The notes below the pieces were generated by a model. It was not told where the DNA came from and ran no database searches. It saw only the letters and a list, made by a program, of their open reading frames with translations. A stretch of 64,000 nucleotides of DNA from Verrucomicrobiota bacterium (GTDB lineage Bacteria; Verrucomicrobiota; Kiritimatiellia; CAIQIC01; JAGNIJ01), in the NCBI GenBank assembly GCA_043803015.1, contig JAZDKK010000051.1, forward strand, positions 17,213 to 81,212, written 5' to 3'. Within the stretch, counting starts at the first letter, position 1. Every line of letters begins with the position of its first letter. This document shows, one piece after another, positions 16,955 to 25,440 of the stretch. The translations under genes were made by a program, and so were the position numbers.

Positions 16955-19581
16955 GCCCTGCCGCTCCCAACCATGCCCTGACCGATCCCCGCGTGGCAGC
17001 AAAACTCAGTGACGAGGACTGGGCGGCCCTGCACGTGCGGCGCTTCCAGAAGGTCCGCCCGCGTTACGTCGCCTACGAGGACGTTCTGAAACAGATCCTC
17101 AAGCAAGCATGCGGCAACCTCGCGCCGCTCGCCATGGTTGAGGCGCGCCCCAAGGCTTTGACCAGCTTTGCCGAGAAGATCCTGCGCAAGCGCAAGCTCT
17201 ACGTAGACCCCAAGGACCCGCTTCCGCCGGATCCGCTGGTCCGCATCACGGACCTCTGCGGTGGCCGTATAATCACCCAGACGTCGGACCAGGTGAATGC
17301 AGTATGTCGGTTCATCGAGCGGGCGTTCGACATCGACTGGCCCAACAGCGAAGACGTCAGCCAGCGCCTGCGTCCCACAGAGTTCGGCTATCGGTCGGTT
17401 CACTACATCGTGCTCGTCAATCCAAAGAAGCTTCAGGCCGCCGGTATCACGGCCACGATTCCCAAGAACGTCCTCGGCCTCAAGGCCGAGATCCAGGTCC
17501 GCACGTTGCTCGAACATGCCTGGGCCGACATCGGCCATGACATGACGTACAAGACCGAAATGAAAGTGCCGGATCGCATCAAGCGCGAGGCCGCGGCGCT
17601 CGCCGCCGTGCTGGAGGACGTCGACCGCGAATTCGGCCGGCTGGTGCGTGGTCTCGATGTGTTCAAATCCAACTTTGGCGCCTACCACACGCGAGACGAG
17701 GTGGAAAGGGAGATCAACAGGCTCCGCATCGTGCTGTCCCGCGATTCGGAGAATGTGGCCCTGGCTGTGAAGATCGCCCAGCTTGCGCTTTCTCTCGGCC
17801 AACACGAGACCGCCCTCAAGATCCTCAAGCCCTACGCGACCAGGCCGCATCAGGGCGTGCAACGGGTCACAGGCGTTGCGCTGACGGACATGCATTGGGA
17901 TCATCCCCGAAGCAAGGAGTTCATCCAGGGCCGGCGGTCTCTTGAAGCCGCCTGCTCCCATCCCGAGAAAGACGCCGAAACGCTCTGTGCCCTGGCCGAG
18001 AGCTGGGCGCGGGAAGATGAATCCAAGGCCCGAGACCTGTTCCATAAAGCGGTTGCCGTAGATGCCACCGAACCGGTGACGCTCAGCCGGCACATCGAGT
18101 TCGAAGTCGCCCACACGACCAGCAATGCGGTGGTCCGGATCGTCGCACCGATGATCCGCAACTCCATGGATCGTTGCCGCAAGGAGATCGGGGCGCGCGT
18201 CAACCTTCCGTACGCATGGGCCAGCCTCGCCGTATTTCATCTCCTCGTCGGGGAGCCCTTCGACGCCCTCAAGGCTATCGCCCAGGTCATCCGGCTCTGC
18301 GACCCGCCCGAAGGCGCAGCGGCCAGCGTGGCCGGCGGCTGCGGCCAACGCGGCCGTCCATGTGCCGCCGGCCGTGCGCTCCTGCGTATGCGCGAGACCC
18401 TGAATCGCATTCGCTGCATCAGCGAGAAGCTCTGCGGCTTCGACTGGTGCGAACGCGCCGTCCTGCTGGGCGTGGCGGCGCGCGAGCGAGACCCTGAGGC
18501 GCTCGCTGCTCTGCGCGAGGCGGCCTGCTGGAAGAAGGACAAGCCGCATGTCTCGGCAACCGACAGCATCGTCGTGCTGGCCGGCGGGTGTGTGCCGGAG
18601 GTACAAGACGCAATCGATGCGTTCAAACCCCATCTGCTCGATGCCTGCAAGGGCCTGTCGTTCACCCTCTTCTGCGGCGGCACCGGTCGCGGCATCAGCG
18701 GTGTGGCCGGTGACATGGCCGAGCAGTCTGGCGGGGCCATTCGGGCCTTCGGCTACATGCCGAAGACGCTACCCCTGAGGATCCATGAGGACACCAATCG
18801 GGCCCGTTTCGCCGATCACTTCTCCAGCCCAGGGAACGATTTCACGCCGTCGGATCCGCTGCAGGGCTGGACCGATATCATTGTGGCCGGAGTGGACCCG
18901 CACCGGGTGAAGCTGTTGTGCTACGCCGGGAAGGACATCGCGTCCTGCGAATGCGCGATGGCCCTGGCTCTGGGAGCTCGGGTCGGTGTGGTGGAAGACC
19001 CGTCTTTGCCCAGGGAACGTCAGTTCAAGGACCCGGACTGGCAGGATCATCCCAACCTGGCCCGTCTCCCGAAGGACACCATGACCTTGCGCGCCTTCCT
19101 GCTGGTGGACGAACTTCCCTGCAAGCGGAAGAAGTTCGAGCACGCCGCGCAGAAGACCCACGAGGAGTACGTCAAGTCGGCCATCCCGAAAGACCCCTCC
19201 CTGCAGAGTTGGGAGGACCTTGCCGAAGACCTCAAGATCTCCAACTTCCACCAGGTGGCCTACGCCGAAAACATCCTCAAGACGGCCGGCTTGGGCATCC
19301 GCGAAATGACCGATCCGAAGAAGAAGCTCCTCGACGTGGAGAAGGCTCTGGGCAGAAAGCGCATCCGGCGCATGGCCGAGATGGAGCACGGCCGCTGGAA
19401 CGTCGAACGTCTCCTGCTGGGTTGGCGCTACGCCGACGAAAAGGATGTGGTCAAGAAGCTGTCCCCGTACCTGGTGCCATGGGACAAACTGCCTGCGAAG
19501 ATCCAGAAGTACGACCTCGACGCCATGCGCGCCCTGCCGAAGACATTCAGGGCGGCAGGGTTGGAGGTGTACAGGCTGTGA
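16951..19581 (+). CDS. RelA/SpoT-homologue (synthetase-only) fused to helical repeats, a LOG/SLOG-like Rossmann domain and tandem RyR-like repeats (876 aa)
   Basis: ATG at 16951 with AAAAGGAG at 16936-16943. Synthetase motifs EARPKALTSFAEKILRK, ITDLCGGRII, GYRSVHYIV, EIQVRTLLEHAWADIGHDMTYK. No HD hydrolase, TGS or ACT region. SLOG/LOG-like FCGGTGRGISGVAGDMA ... YAGKDIASCECAMALALGARVGVV. RyR-like SWEDLAEDLKISNFHQVAYAENILKTAGLGI and EMEHGRWNVERLLLGWRYA...LVPWDKLPAKIQKYDLDAMRALP. Confidence 0.85.
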   Translation: MSPAAPNHALTDPRVAAKLSDEDWAALHVRRFQKVRPRYVAYEDVLKQILKQACGNLAPLAMVEARPKALTSFAEKILRKRKLYVDPKDPLPPDPLVRITDLCGGRIITQTSDQVNAVCRFIERAFDIDWPNSEDVSQRLRPTEFGYRSVHYIVLVNPKKLQAAGITATIPKNVLGLKAEIQVRTLLEHAWADIGHDMTYKTEMKVPDRIKREAAALAAVLEDVDREFGRLVRGLDVFKSNFGAYHTRDEVEREINRLRIVLSRDSENVALAVKIAQLALSLGQHETALKILKPYATRPHQGVQRVTGVALTDMHWDHPRSKEFIQGRRSLEAACSHPEKDAETLCALAESWAREDESKARDLFHKAVAVDATEPVTLSRHIEFEVAHTTSNAVVRIVAPMIRNSMDRCRKEIGARVNLPYAWASLAVFHLLVGEPFDALKAIAQVIRLCDPPEGAAASVAGGCGQRGRPCAAGRALLRMRETLNRIRCISEKLCGFDWCERAVLLGVAARERDPEALAALREAACWKKDKPHVSATDSIVVLAGGCVPEVQDAIDAFKPHLLDACKGLSFTLFCGGTGRGISGVAGDMAEQSGGAIRAFGYMPKTLPLRIHEDTNRARFADHFSSPGNDFTPSDPLQGWTDIIVAGVDPHRVKLLCYAGKDIASCECAMALALGARVGVVEDPSLPRERQFKDPDWQDHPNLARLPKDTMTLRAFLLVDELPCKRKKFEHAAQKTHEEYVKSAIPKDPSLQSWEDLAEDLKISNFHQVAYAENILKTAGLGIREMTDPKKKLLDVEKALGRKRIRRMAEMEHGRWNVERLLLGWRYADEKDVVKKLSPYLVPWDKLPAKIQKYDLDAMRALPKTFRAAGLEVYRL

Positions 19582-19689
19582 CCCGAGTGCCGACGGCGCG
19601 GTAGGGATTTCAGATCTGAGACGGCAGATTTCAGATTGAAGAGTCGGCCCGGCGGCGCTAGTTTCTCCTCCGTCTCACGCTCCGCGGGT

Positions 19690-19766
19690 GTCCCGGTAGC
19701 TCAGTTGGACAGAGCGCTGGATTCCTAATCCGGAGGTCGCGGGTTCAAGTCCCGCCCGGGATACCA
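19690..19766 (+). tRNA. tRNA-Arg (anticodon CCT) with encoded CCA
   Basis: Hand-folded cloverleaf: GTCCCGG TA GCTC AGTTGGACA GAGC G CTGGA TTCCTAA TCCGG AGGTC GCGGG TTCAAGT CCCGC CCGGGAT A CCA. Position 1:72 is a G-U pair. Confidence 0.9.
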
Positions 19767-19887
19767 GTCTTCGCTGCGCAGCGCGGCGGAGCAGCGAAGA
19801 CTGCCTCGGCGTAGTGGCGCGCAGCGCGCCACGAAGCCGGGCCCTTACGCGTCGCGCCTCGAACTTCGCCCGGGCAAGCCATCTTCC
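19714..19887 (+). repeat. direct repeat copy A: 3' two-thirds of tRNA-Arg plus a ~120-nt structured trailer
   Basis: Near-identical to 24183-24365 apart from a few substitutions and an 8-nt insertion in copy B. The trailer starts with the hairpin GTCTTCGCTGC-13 nt-GCAGCGAAGAC and contains GTGGCGCG-CAG-CGCGCCAC. Confidence 0.85.
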
Positions 19888-19962
19888 CTTCCAGGATGTG
19901 GCCCTCAGATTCAGCTTGAAACGATGTGGGGCTGGCGCGAACATCCGTCCGGAGGGAAGGGC

Positions 19963-22900
19963 ATGAACGCGTTGAGGGGGCTGCGTCGGCGGCAGCGAGC
20001 ACTCACCGCGGGCTTCGTCATTCTGGTTGGCCTGTTAGTTCTCTACTCCTTCGCGCAGTACTACGTCTCGGTCACCGCTGAACAGCGGGCGCTCGCCCGA
20101 TACGACGACCTCATCAGCCAGCATGGGATCACGGACCTGGATGCCCTTGTCGGCGAGTTTGCCTACTACCAGTTCGGCGGCCTTCCGTCCCTTCCGGGAA
20201 CCGAGCCTTGGGATCACCATGTCGGTCCTTATCCGGTCGATTGGGAGAACTTTCCCGAGGAGATAACGACCAACCTTGTCGGCTACTGGGAAGGCAATGT
20301 GCCGGTGTATGAACTGTATGTCTTCCAGGACAGTGACACGCGCGAGATCATCTTCCTCAACAGTGACCAGCAGGAAATCTACTCGGTCGAATGCCCCCAC
20401 GGCGACTACTGCGACCCGGCGGCCTACGCCCTCTATCGCCGCCCCGACCTCTACTCCGGCAACTACACCCAGGACGAGATCAACGACTACATTGCCTACT
20501 GCGATCCGGCTAGGCTAGGCCTCTGGATCAAGCTGGTTCCCACGGAGCATCTCTATGAGTACCTCTACGCCCAGGCGCAGGAAGAAGGCTTCTTCCAAGC
20601 CCTGACCGCCGAGATCAACGAGGGCGGTGGTATGCAGATGATGACAAGCGGCAGCGGGGGAAGCGGCCCGCTCAACGATCTGGACGGTGACGGCGTGCCC
20701 AACCGGGACGAGATCGTCGCCGGCACGGACCCCGAAGACGCATCCGACTTCCTTCGGATCACCAACATGCAGCTTGCCGCCTCCGGCCGCGAGATCTGGT
20801 GGCCGTCGGTCAGCAACAGGCAGTACAGCGTAATGACAACCACGGGCGGTGTCGCGCTTCTGAGCCCGCAGACGTGGACCGTGGCGACGCAGTGGCTGGA
20901 CGGGACCGACAGCGTCCTTGTGTTCACCGATACGGTGAGTGATGCGGAGGTGGCATTCCTTCACGTTCAGGTCCGCGGGACGGACTCGAACACCAACGGC
21001 CTGCCCGACTGGTGGGAGATCGAGAACTTCGGCGGTCTGACCAACATCACCGCCACCGGTGACGAGGACAACGACGGCCTGGACAATCGGGAGGAGCTCT
21101 ATTACGGATACTCGCCCACCAACTCAGAGCGCACTCTCTACCACAGCGGGTTCAACGTGGTCGAAGTTGCCACGAACAGCCCCAACCCCGATGACGGGAC
21201 CGAGGAGTTCGATTTCCACGCGGCTGGAAGGCCGTTGTCTCTGGCCGCAGGCGCATCCGATGCAGACTGGGGCGGTCGCATCCCGACGGTTTACGGGGCA
21301 TCGTACAGCTTCAGCGGCGGCATCTTCTTCAACAACGATCAATCCAATCTCTACGTGGGCATCTGCGGGCTGGAGAGAGGAAGCGACAACGCATTCGTCC
21401 TCTTCATTGACTCCGGGTCTGGTGGGGTGACCAACCTTGCCCACCTGAGCGGTAGGCCTTATGCGCTGGGCATTGCCGACAACTTGGGGTTCAACGCCAC
21501 GCAGTTCACGCCCAATGTCGCCATCCTCGTAGGCGACAATCGGGACGACGGCTCGAACAACATCTACCGTACCATCGGCGGCAATGATGTCGGACAGGGC
21601 GTGTATGAGTTATCCAGCAACACCAACATCGCGGATTTCGCGGGATTCAGCCGGACGACGGGAGGCGCGCCGATTTCCCAATGGAGTATCAACGGGTCTG
21701 CAGGCGACTCCCCAAACGCGGGTGTCGAAATCGTCTTGAGCTTGTCTGCGCTGGGCGTGGAGCCCGGGGACACCATTCGAGTCGCCGGCGTCTTCCTGGG
21801 TGGGACATCGGGTGTCAACCGCTGGGTGGTGGAGGAAGCCTACGGGCAGAGCCTCTCGGGAAGTGGTTTTAGCGCTGTGACGCTGGTGGGGGCTCCGGTT
21901 CAGTTGGCCAGCGTTCAGCAGACCCTGCCGCCAAGCACATATCCCGGTTTCATGGATGACGACGTGATGTTTCAGGGGTTCTACTGGGACGTCGAACCTC
22001 GACTGGGCTGGTGGACGAATCTCGCAGGCAAAGTCAGCGACCTAGCCTCTGCTGGATTCACGATGATATGGCTTCCGCCACCCTACAAAGCAGCCAATGC
22101 CGCATATTCCGTGGGCTACGACCCCTTCGATCACTATGACTTGGGTGAGTATGATCAAAGGGGCTCAGTTCCTACCAGATACGGGATGAAATCCGAGTTC
22201 ACCAACTTGATCGCGGAACTCCTCGCATCAAACATCACTCCCATCTGTGACGTTGTGCTGAACCATATGGCTGGTGGGACTAACGTCGACCACAAGTCCT
22301 TCGACTATCCGCACAACATCTTCGAGAAGGGGAGCACCAACTTCCATCCGTCCGCCACCGGTCACAACGACGAGATATTCCCCTACCACCACAACGAGGA
22401 ATTCGGCACTTATGAGCCCTCGGGCATTTACGGGGTGGACAACGACTTCCTCGACCCGCACATGAGGCGGGGACTAAAGCAATGGGGCAGTTGGCTGGTC
22501 ACCAACGTCAACTTCGGCGGATTCCGCTTCGACTACACGGAAGGCATCGAGCCTTGGTATCTCTGGGAGTGGCTGAACTACCCAGCGCAGAGACCCCTGT
22601 TCGGATTCATGGAGTACTGGGCCAATGCCGACGCAATCGAGATGCGCGCATGGCTGAACCTTACAGGTTGGAGAGCCGCAATCTACGACTGGAACTTGCA
22701 GCAACTGCTCGAGGAGATGTGCGAGGACAGTGGTTCGACGTTTGACATGTCGGACTTGCAGGCTCCCAGCCTCCTCGGCATCGAACCGGAATACACCGTT
22801 ACCTTTGTCGAAAACCACGACACGCTGCAACCGACCAACGAAACTGGCGTGGCCACCAACAAGCACATGGCGTACGCCTACATCCTGCACTCACAGGGGC

Positions 22901-23301
22901 TTCCGCTGGTCTTCTATCACGACTACTACGATCAGCCATACTATGTCGGGGGAACCAACTACGCGGGCGTTGCGCTCAAGCCGCAGATTGACCGTCTGAT
23001 TCTGATCCGAAAGGCTACGGTCGCTGGTAGCGTCGCGTATCTCAACACGAACGCCGACCTGTTCATTCAGCAGCGCGACGGCGGGGCGCAGAAGCCGGGC
23101 TCCATCTTGGTCATCAACGACCATCCCTCGAGTACGCTGACCAACCAGGTTCAAACGATATACACGAACGAGTGGTTGATTGACCTGGTCTCGACGAATC
23201 CTGCCACGCTGGTGCAGACGGACACTAACGGCGTGGTTGGTCTTTCGGCTTTGCCACGCGACTACCGGATCTACGGACTGACCAACTCGCTCACGGAGTA
23301 G
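19963..23301 (+). CDS. secreted multidomain GH13 alpha-amylase-family glycosidase with TSP3-like Ca-binding repeats
   Basis: ATG at 19963 behind GGAGGGAAGGG. Signal-anchor sequence LTAGFVILVGLLVLYSF. Contains DLDGDGVPNRDE and DEDNDGLDNREE. GH13 conserved regions present: DVVLNHMAG, GFRFDYTEG, EYWA, FVENHDT. G+C is visibly lower than the flanks. Confidence 0.85.
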   Translation: MNALRGLRRRQRALTAGFVILVGLLVLYSFAQYYVSVTAEQRALARYDDLISQHGITDLDALVGEFAYYQFGGLPSLPGTEPWDHHVGPYPVDWENFPEEITTNLVGYWEGNVPVYELYVFQDSDTREIIFLNSDQQEIYSVECPHGDYCDPAAYALYRRPDLYSGNYTQDEINDYIAYCDPARLGLWIKLVPTEHLYEYLYAQAQEEGFFQALTAEINEGGGMQMMTSGSGGSGPLNDLDGDGVPNRDEIVAGTDPEDASDFLRITNMQLAASGREIWWPSVSNRQYSVMTTTGGVALLSPQTWTVATQWLDGTDSVLVFTDTVSDAEVAFLHVQVRGTDSNTNGLPDWWEIENFGGLTNITATGDEDNDGLDNREELYYGYSPTNSERTLYHSGFNVVEVATNSPNPDDGTEEFDFHAAGRPLSLAAGASDADWGGRIPTVYGASYSFSGGIFFNNDQSNLYVGICGLERGSDNAFVLFIDSGSGGVTNLAHLSGRPYALGIADNLGFNATQFTPNVAILVGDNRDDGSNNIYRTIGGNDVGQGVYELSSNTNIADFAGFSRTTGGAPISQWSINGSAGDSPNAGVEIVLSLSALGVEPGDTIRVAGVFLGGTSGVNRWVVEEAYGQSLSGSGFSAVTLVGAPVQLASVQQTLPPSTYPGFMDDDVMFQGFYWDVEPRLGWWTNLAGKVSDLASAGFTMIWLPPPYKAANAAYSVGYDPFDHYDLGEYDQRGSVPTRYGMKSEFTNLIAELLASNITPICDVVLNHMAGGTNVDHKSFDYPHNIFEKGSTNFHPSATGHNDEIFPYHHNEEFGTYEPSGIYGVDNDFLDPHMRRGLKQWGSWLVTNVNFGGFRFDYTEGIEPWYLWEWLNYPAQRPLFGFMEYWANADAIEMRAWLNLTGWRAAIYDWNLQQLLEEMCEDSGSTFDMSDLQAPSLLGIEPEYTVTFVENHDTLQPTNETGVATNKHMAYAYILHSQGLPLVFYHDYYDQPYYVGGTNYAGVALKPQIDRLILIRKATVAGSVAYLNTNADLFIQQRDGGAQKPGSILVINDHPSSTLTNQVQTIYTNEWLIDLVSTNPATLVQTDTNGVVGLSALPRDYRIYGLTNSLTE

Positions 23302-23305
23302 CATT

Positions 23306-24010
23306 ATGAGAAGCCGCTATCTTCCATTTGCCATGTTCCTTGCGACCGGAGCTGCCGTCTCCGCGGACTACATCTTCAATGTGGACTTCGAGGATCCGCC
23401 ACACGTCGTGAATCAGCAAGTCGTCACAGGGAGCGCCATAGATCGGCCGACATATGCCGAGGCGACGGTGCTCGCCCGCACCAATGTGGCAGATTTCACC
23501 ACACAGGTCGCCTCCTTGGAGCCAGCTGGAGCAATGGCCTTCTTCTACGATCCGGCCGTCACCTCCGGTCTGGTGCGCCTCAGTTGGGACATGGCGGTCC
23601 TCAGTCTGGGGACGGGTGGCGGTTTGGATTCCGCCGCAGTCGCTATACAATCGAGTCCGACTGGCGTGGGCGATGTGTTCATTGACTACGAATACGACTT
23701 TGACTTGGAGATCGCGAATGTTGATGTGGGGACCTACGCCTTGGGCAACCAACATCATCTCGAGTTCCTTTTCGACCTTGACTCAGACGTGTTCAGCGTG
23801 TGGCTGAATAGCTCTCTGGTTCTGACCAACACTGCTGTCAACCCAACCTTCGATATTCAGAATGTCTTGTTCAGCCGCGAAAACCTCCAGAATCCGACGT
23901 ACGCCGTCGACAACTTCCAGTGGGAGATCATCCCGGAACCCTCGACCGCCTTTCTGATGCTGCTAGGCAGCGTCTTCTTCGTGGCTCAGCGGGTGCGCCG
24001 ACGCCAATGA
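23306..24010 (+). CDS. PEP-CTERM sorting-signal protein
   Basis: N-terminal signal sequence MRSRYLPFAMFLATGAAVSA. The C-terminus IPEPSTAFLMLLGSVFFVAQRVRRRQ has the PEP motif, a TM helix and a basic tail. Confidence 0.8.
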   Translation: MRSRYLPFAMFLATGAAVSADYIFNVDFEDPPHVVNQQVVTGSAIDRPTYAEATVLARTNVADFTTQVASLEPAGAMAFFYDPAVTSGLVRLSWDMAVLSLGTGGGLDSAAVAIQSSPTGVGDVFIDYEYDFDLEIANVDVGTYALGNQHHLEFLFDLDSDVFSVWLNSSLVLTNTAVNPTFDIQNVLFSRENLQNPTYAVDNFQWEIIPEPSTAFLMLLGSVFFVAQRVRRRQ

Positions 24011-24182
24011 GGATGGAGAGAAGCCGCCCGCATTGTGGACGGCCTTCGACTGGTACTGGGGTTGGCCCCCCGTGACAGTACCCGTGGCAGAATCCTGCTT
24101 GGAAACGATCTTCTACGTGCTTCTACGTCGCGCACTGTTCTTACACAATCTACTGGATCTCATATGATTGTGCTGATCGCGG

Positions 24183-24365
24183 GCGCTGGATTTCCCGCTT
24201 CCTAATCCGGAGGTCGCGGGTTCAAGTCCCGCCCAGGATACCAGTCTTCGCTGCGCAGCGTGGCGGAGCAGCGAAGACTGCCTCGGCGTAGTGGCGCGCA
24301 GCGCGCCACGAAGCCGGGCCCTTACGTGTCGCGCCTCGGACTTCGCCCGGGCAAGCCATCCTTCC
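24183..24365 (+). pseudogene. direct repeat copy B: truncated tRNA-Arg 3' fragment (anticodon loop disrupted by an 8-nt insertion) plus trailer
   Basis: Homology to tRNA-Arg begins abruptly at gcgctggatt. There is no acceptor 5' strand or D-arm upstream. tcccgctt is inserted in the anticodon loop. The T-arm, CCA and the ~120-nt trailer are conserved. Confidence 0.75.
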
Positions 24366-24404
24366 ACCGAATCCTCGCCTCGAGCCGCGGACGGCCTGCC
24401 GCGG

Positions 24405-24803
24405 TCACGCTCGTCCAGCGTCAGGGTCCAGCTGCAGGCGGAGGGCCTTGATCTTGTCGGCGCCGAATCGCTTCTGGAGGTTCTCCAGCATCTGCTTCTG
24501 GCCGTAGCGGCTCAGCTCGCTGAGCCAGGCGGGATGGACAACGAAAACGTAGAGGATCTTCCGGTCGAGCCGCCCGGGCCGCGCGTGCTGGGCGACCTGC
24601 GGGCCGACCAGCTTCTCCCATTCCGCGACCAGCGTCCTTTCCCAGAATCGGTTCTCCAGCCCGAGGTCCTTCATCACCTGCGGTATGACATCGGCCAGGG
24701 CCTCGGCCGCCGGCGGCGGTACGGGTTCCCGGCGGGTGAGGGCGTGACGCTCGCGTTCGACCTCCCAGCGTCCCCGGTTGAACGACTTTCTCCTGCGGGC
24801 CAT
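24405..24803 (-). CDS. DUF721 / DciA-like protein
   Basis: ATG at 24803. LADVIPQVMKDLGLENRFWERTLVAEWEKLVGPQVAQHARPGRLDRKILYVFVVHPAWLSEL fits the DUF721 pattern (W..ivG..la.ht.p..l..g.L.v.v.s..w..eL). Confidence 0.65.
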   Translation of the reverse strand: MARRRKSFNRGRWEVERERHALTRREPVPPPAAEALADVIPQVMKDLGLENRFWERTLVAEWEKLVGPQVAQHARPGRLDRKILYVFVVHPAWLSELSRYGQKQMLENLQKRFGADKIKALRLQLDPDAGRA

Positions 24804-24928
24804 CGTGCTTACGCTAGCGGGAACCGGAGGGAATGAACAGCCGAAACCCGCTGTGGCGGCAGGGCTTGCCGGCGGGACTACGACGTCCCGGAACGGAGCG
24901 ACACGACGAGTACAGCGATCTCGGGGAC

Positions 24929-25150
24929 TCAACCGGAGGGGCGGGTCTTCGTAGCGGACGGGCCGAAACGGATCATCCAGTCAACACAGGCGCGCTCCCA
25001 GCCGATATCGTGGCCCGCCTTCTCGCTCTCGTACCACTTGTGACGCAGGATATCATCCCTCATGCTCTCCCACTGGCGGAAGAGGAGGGTATTCCGCAGC
25101 CACAGGGCGTCGATATCATCTCGGCCAGGACTCTGTACGTTGTTCTTCAT
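24929..25150 (-). CDS. small conserved hypothetical protein, paralogue of 4635-4955
   Basis: ATG at 25150 (the track start at 25183 is TTG). Motif RHKWYESEKAGHDIGWERACVDWMIRFG. Confidence 0.5.
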   Translation of the reverse strand: MKNNVQSPGRDDIDALWLRNTLLFRQWESMRDDILRHKWYESEKAGHDIGWERACVDWMIRFGPSATKTRPSG

Positions 25151-25440
25151 GTCCCCAACACACGGCTTGCGACACTTTATCAACCAAGGATATAAATACC
25201 CCGCCGCCCGGAAAAGTATAGAGGGACAAGCCCTCCGGACCTAAGTTATAACCATTTGCAAGTCAATTAGTTACGACTATGGTACCAGTCCCTTTCATCC
25301 GGACACCGGAGGATGGGCGTAGGGAAACACCTACACAAGCATGCCTTCTCCAGCGCGTCGCGCGCCCGGGGACCCCGTTACCCTCCCGGCCAGCGGGGCG
25401 GTTGCAATTGCGCGGGGCTTCCCGTACAAAGGACGCCGCC

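Larger units (their letters stand above)
19714..24365 (+). mobile_element. putative tRNA-Arg-associated genomic islet (integrase-less remnant) bounded by ~175-bp direct repeats
   Basis: An intact tRNA lies at one end and a 3' tRNA fragment at the other. The enclosed two genes look lower in G+C by eye. No recombinase gene is present. Confidence 0.35.

Noticed and set aside
19590-19689. Short tandem GATTTCAGAT motif (twice) and the GAGACGG/CCGTCTC inverted repeat between the RSH stop and tRNA-Arg
   Set aside because: Too short and too degenerate to interpret without genome-wide counts. Possibly a terminator or tRNA promoter region.
19675-19944. Minus-strand ORFs 19675-19944 and 24113-24367, which share near-identical C-terminal sequences (…AQRRLVS(R/W)AGLEPATSGLG…)
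   Set aside because: They are antisense translations of the tRNA-Arg T-arm plus trailer. The similarity only reflects the DNA direct repeat.
24109-24128. Tandem 10-mer CTTCTACGTG/CTTCTACGTC upstream of the tRNA fragment
   Set aside because: A single two-unit repeat with no further copies in the window. Not interpretable.
19888-24182. Search for an integrase, transposase or excisionase inside the repeat-bounded islet, and elsewhere in 6.4-24.4 kb
   Set aside because: No ORF with tyrosine/serine recombinase or DDE motifs was recognisable. The mobile-element call is therefore kept at low confidence.
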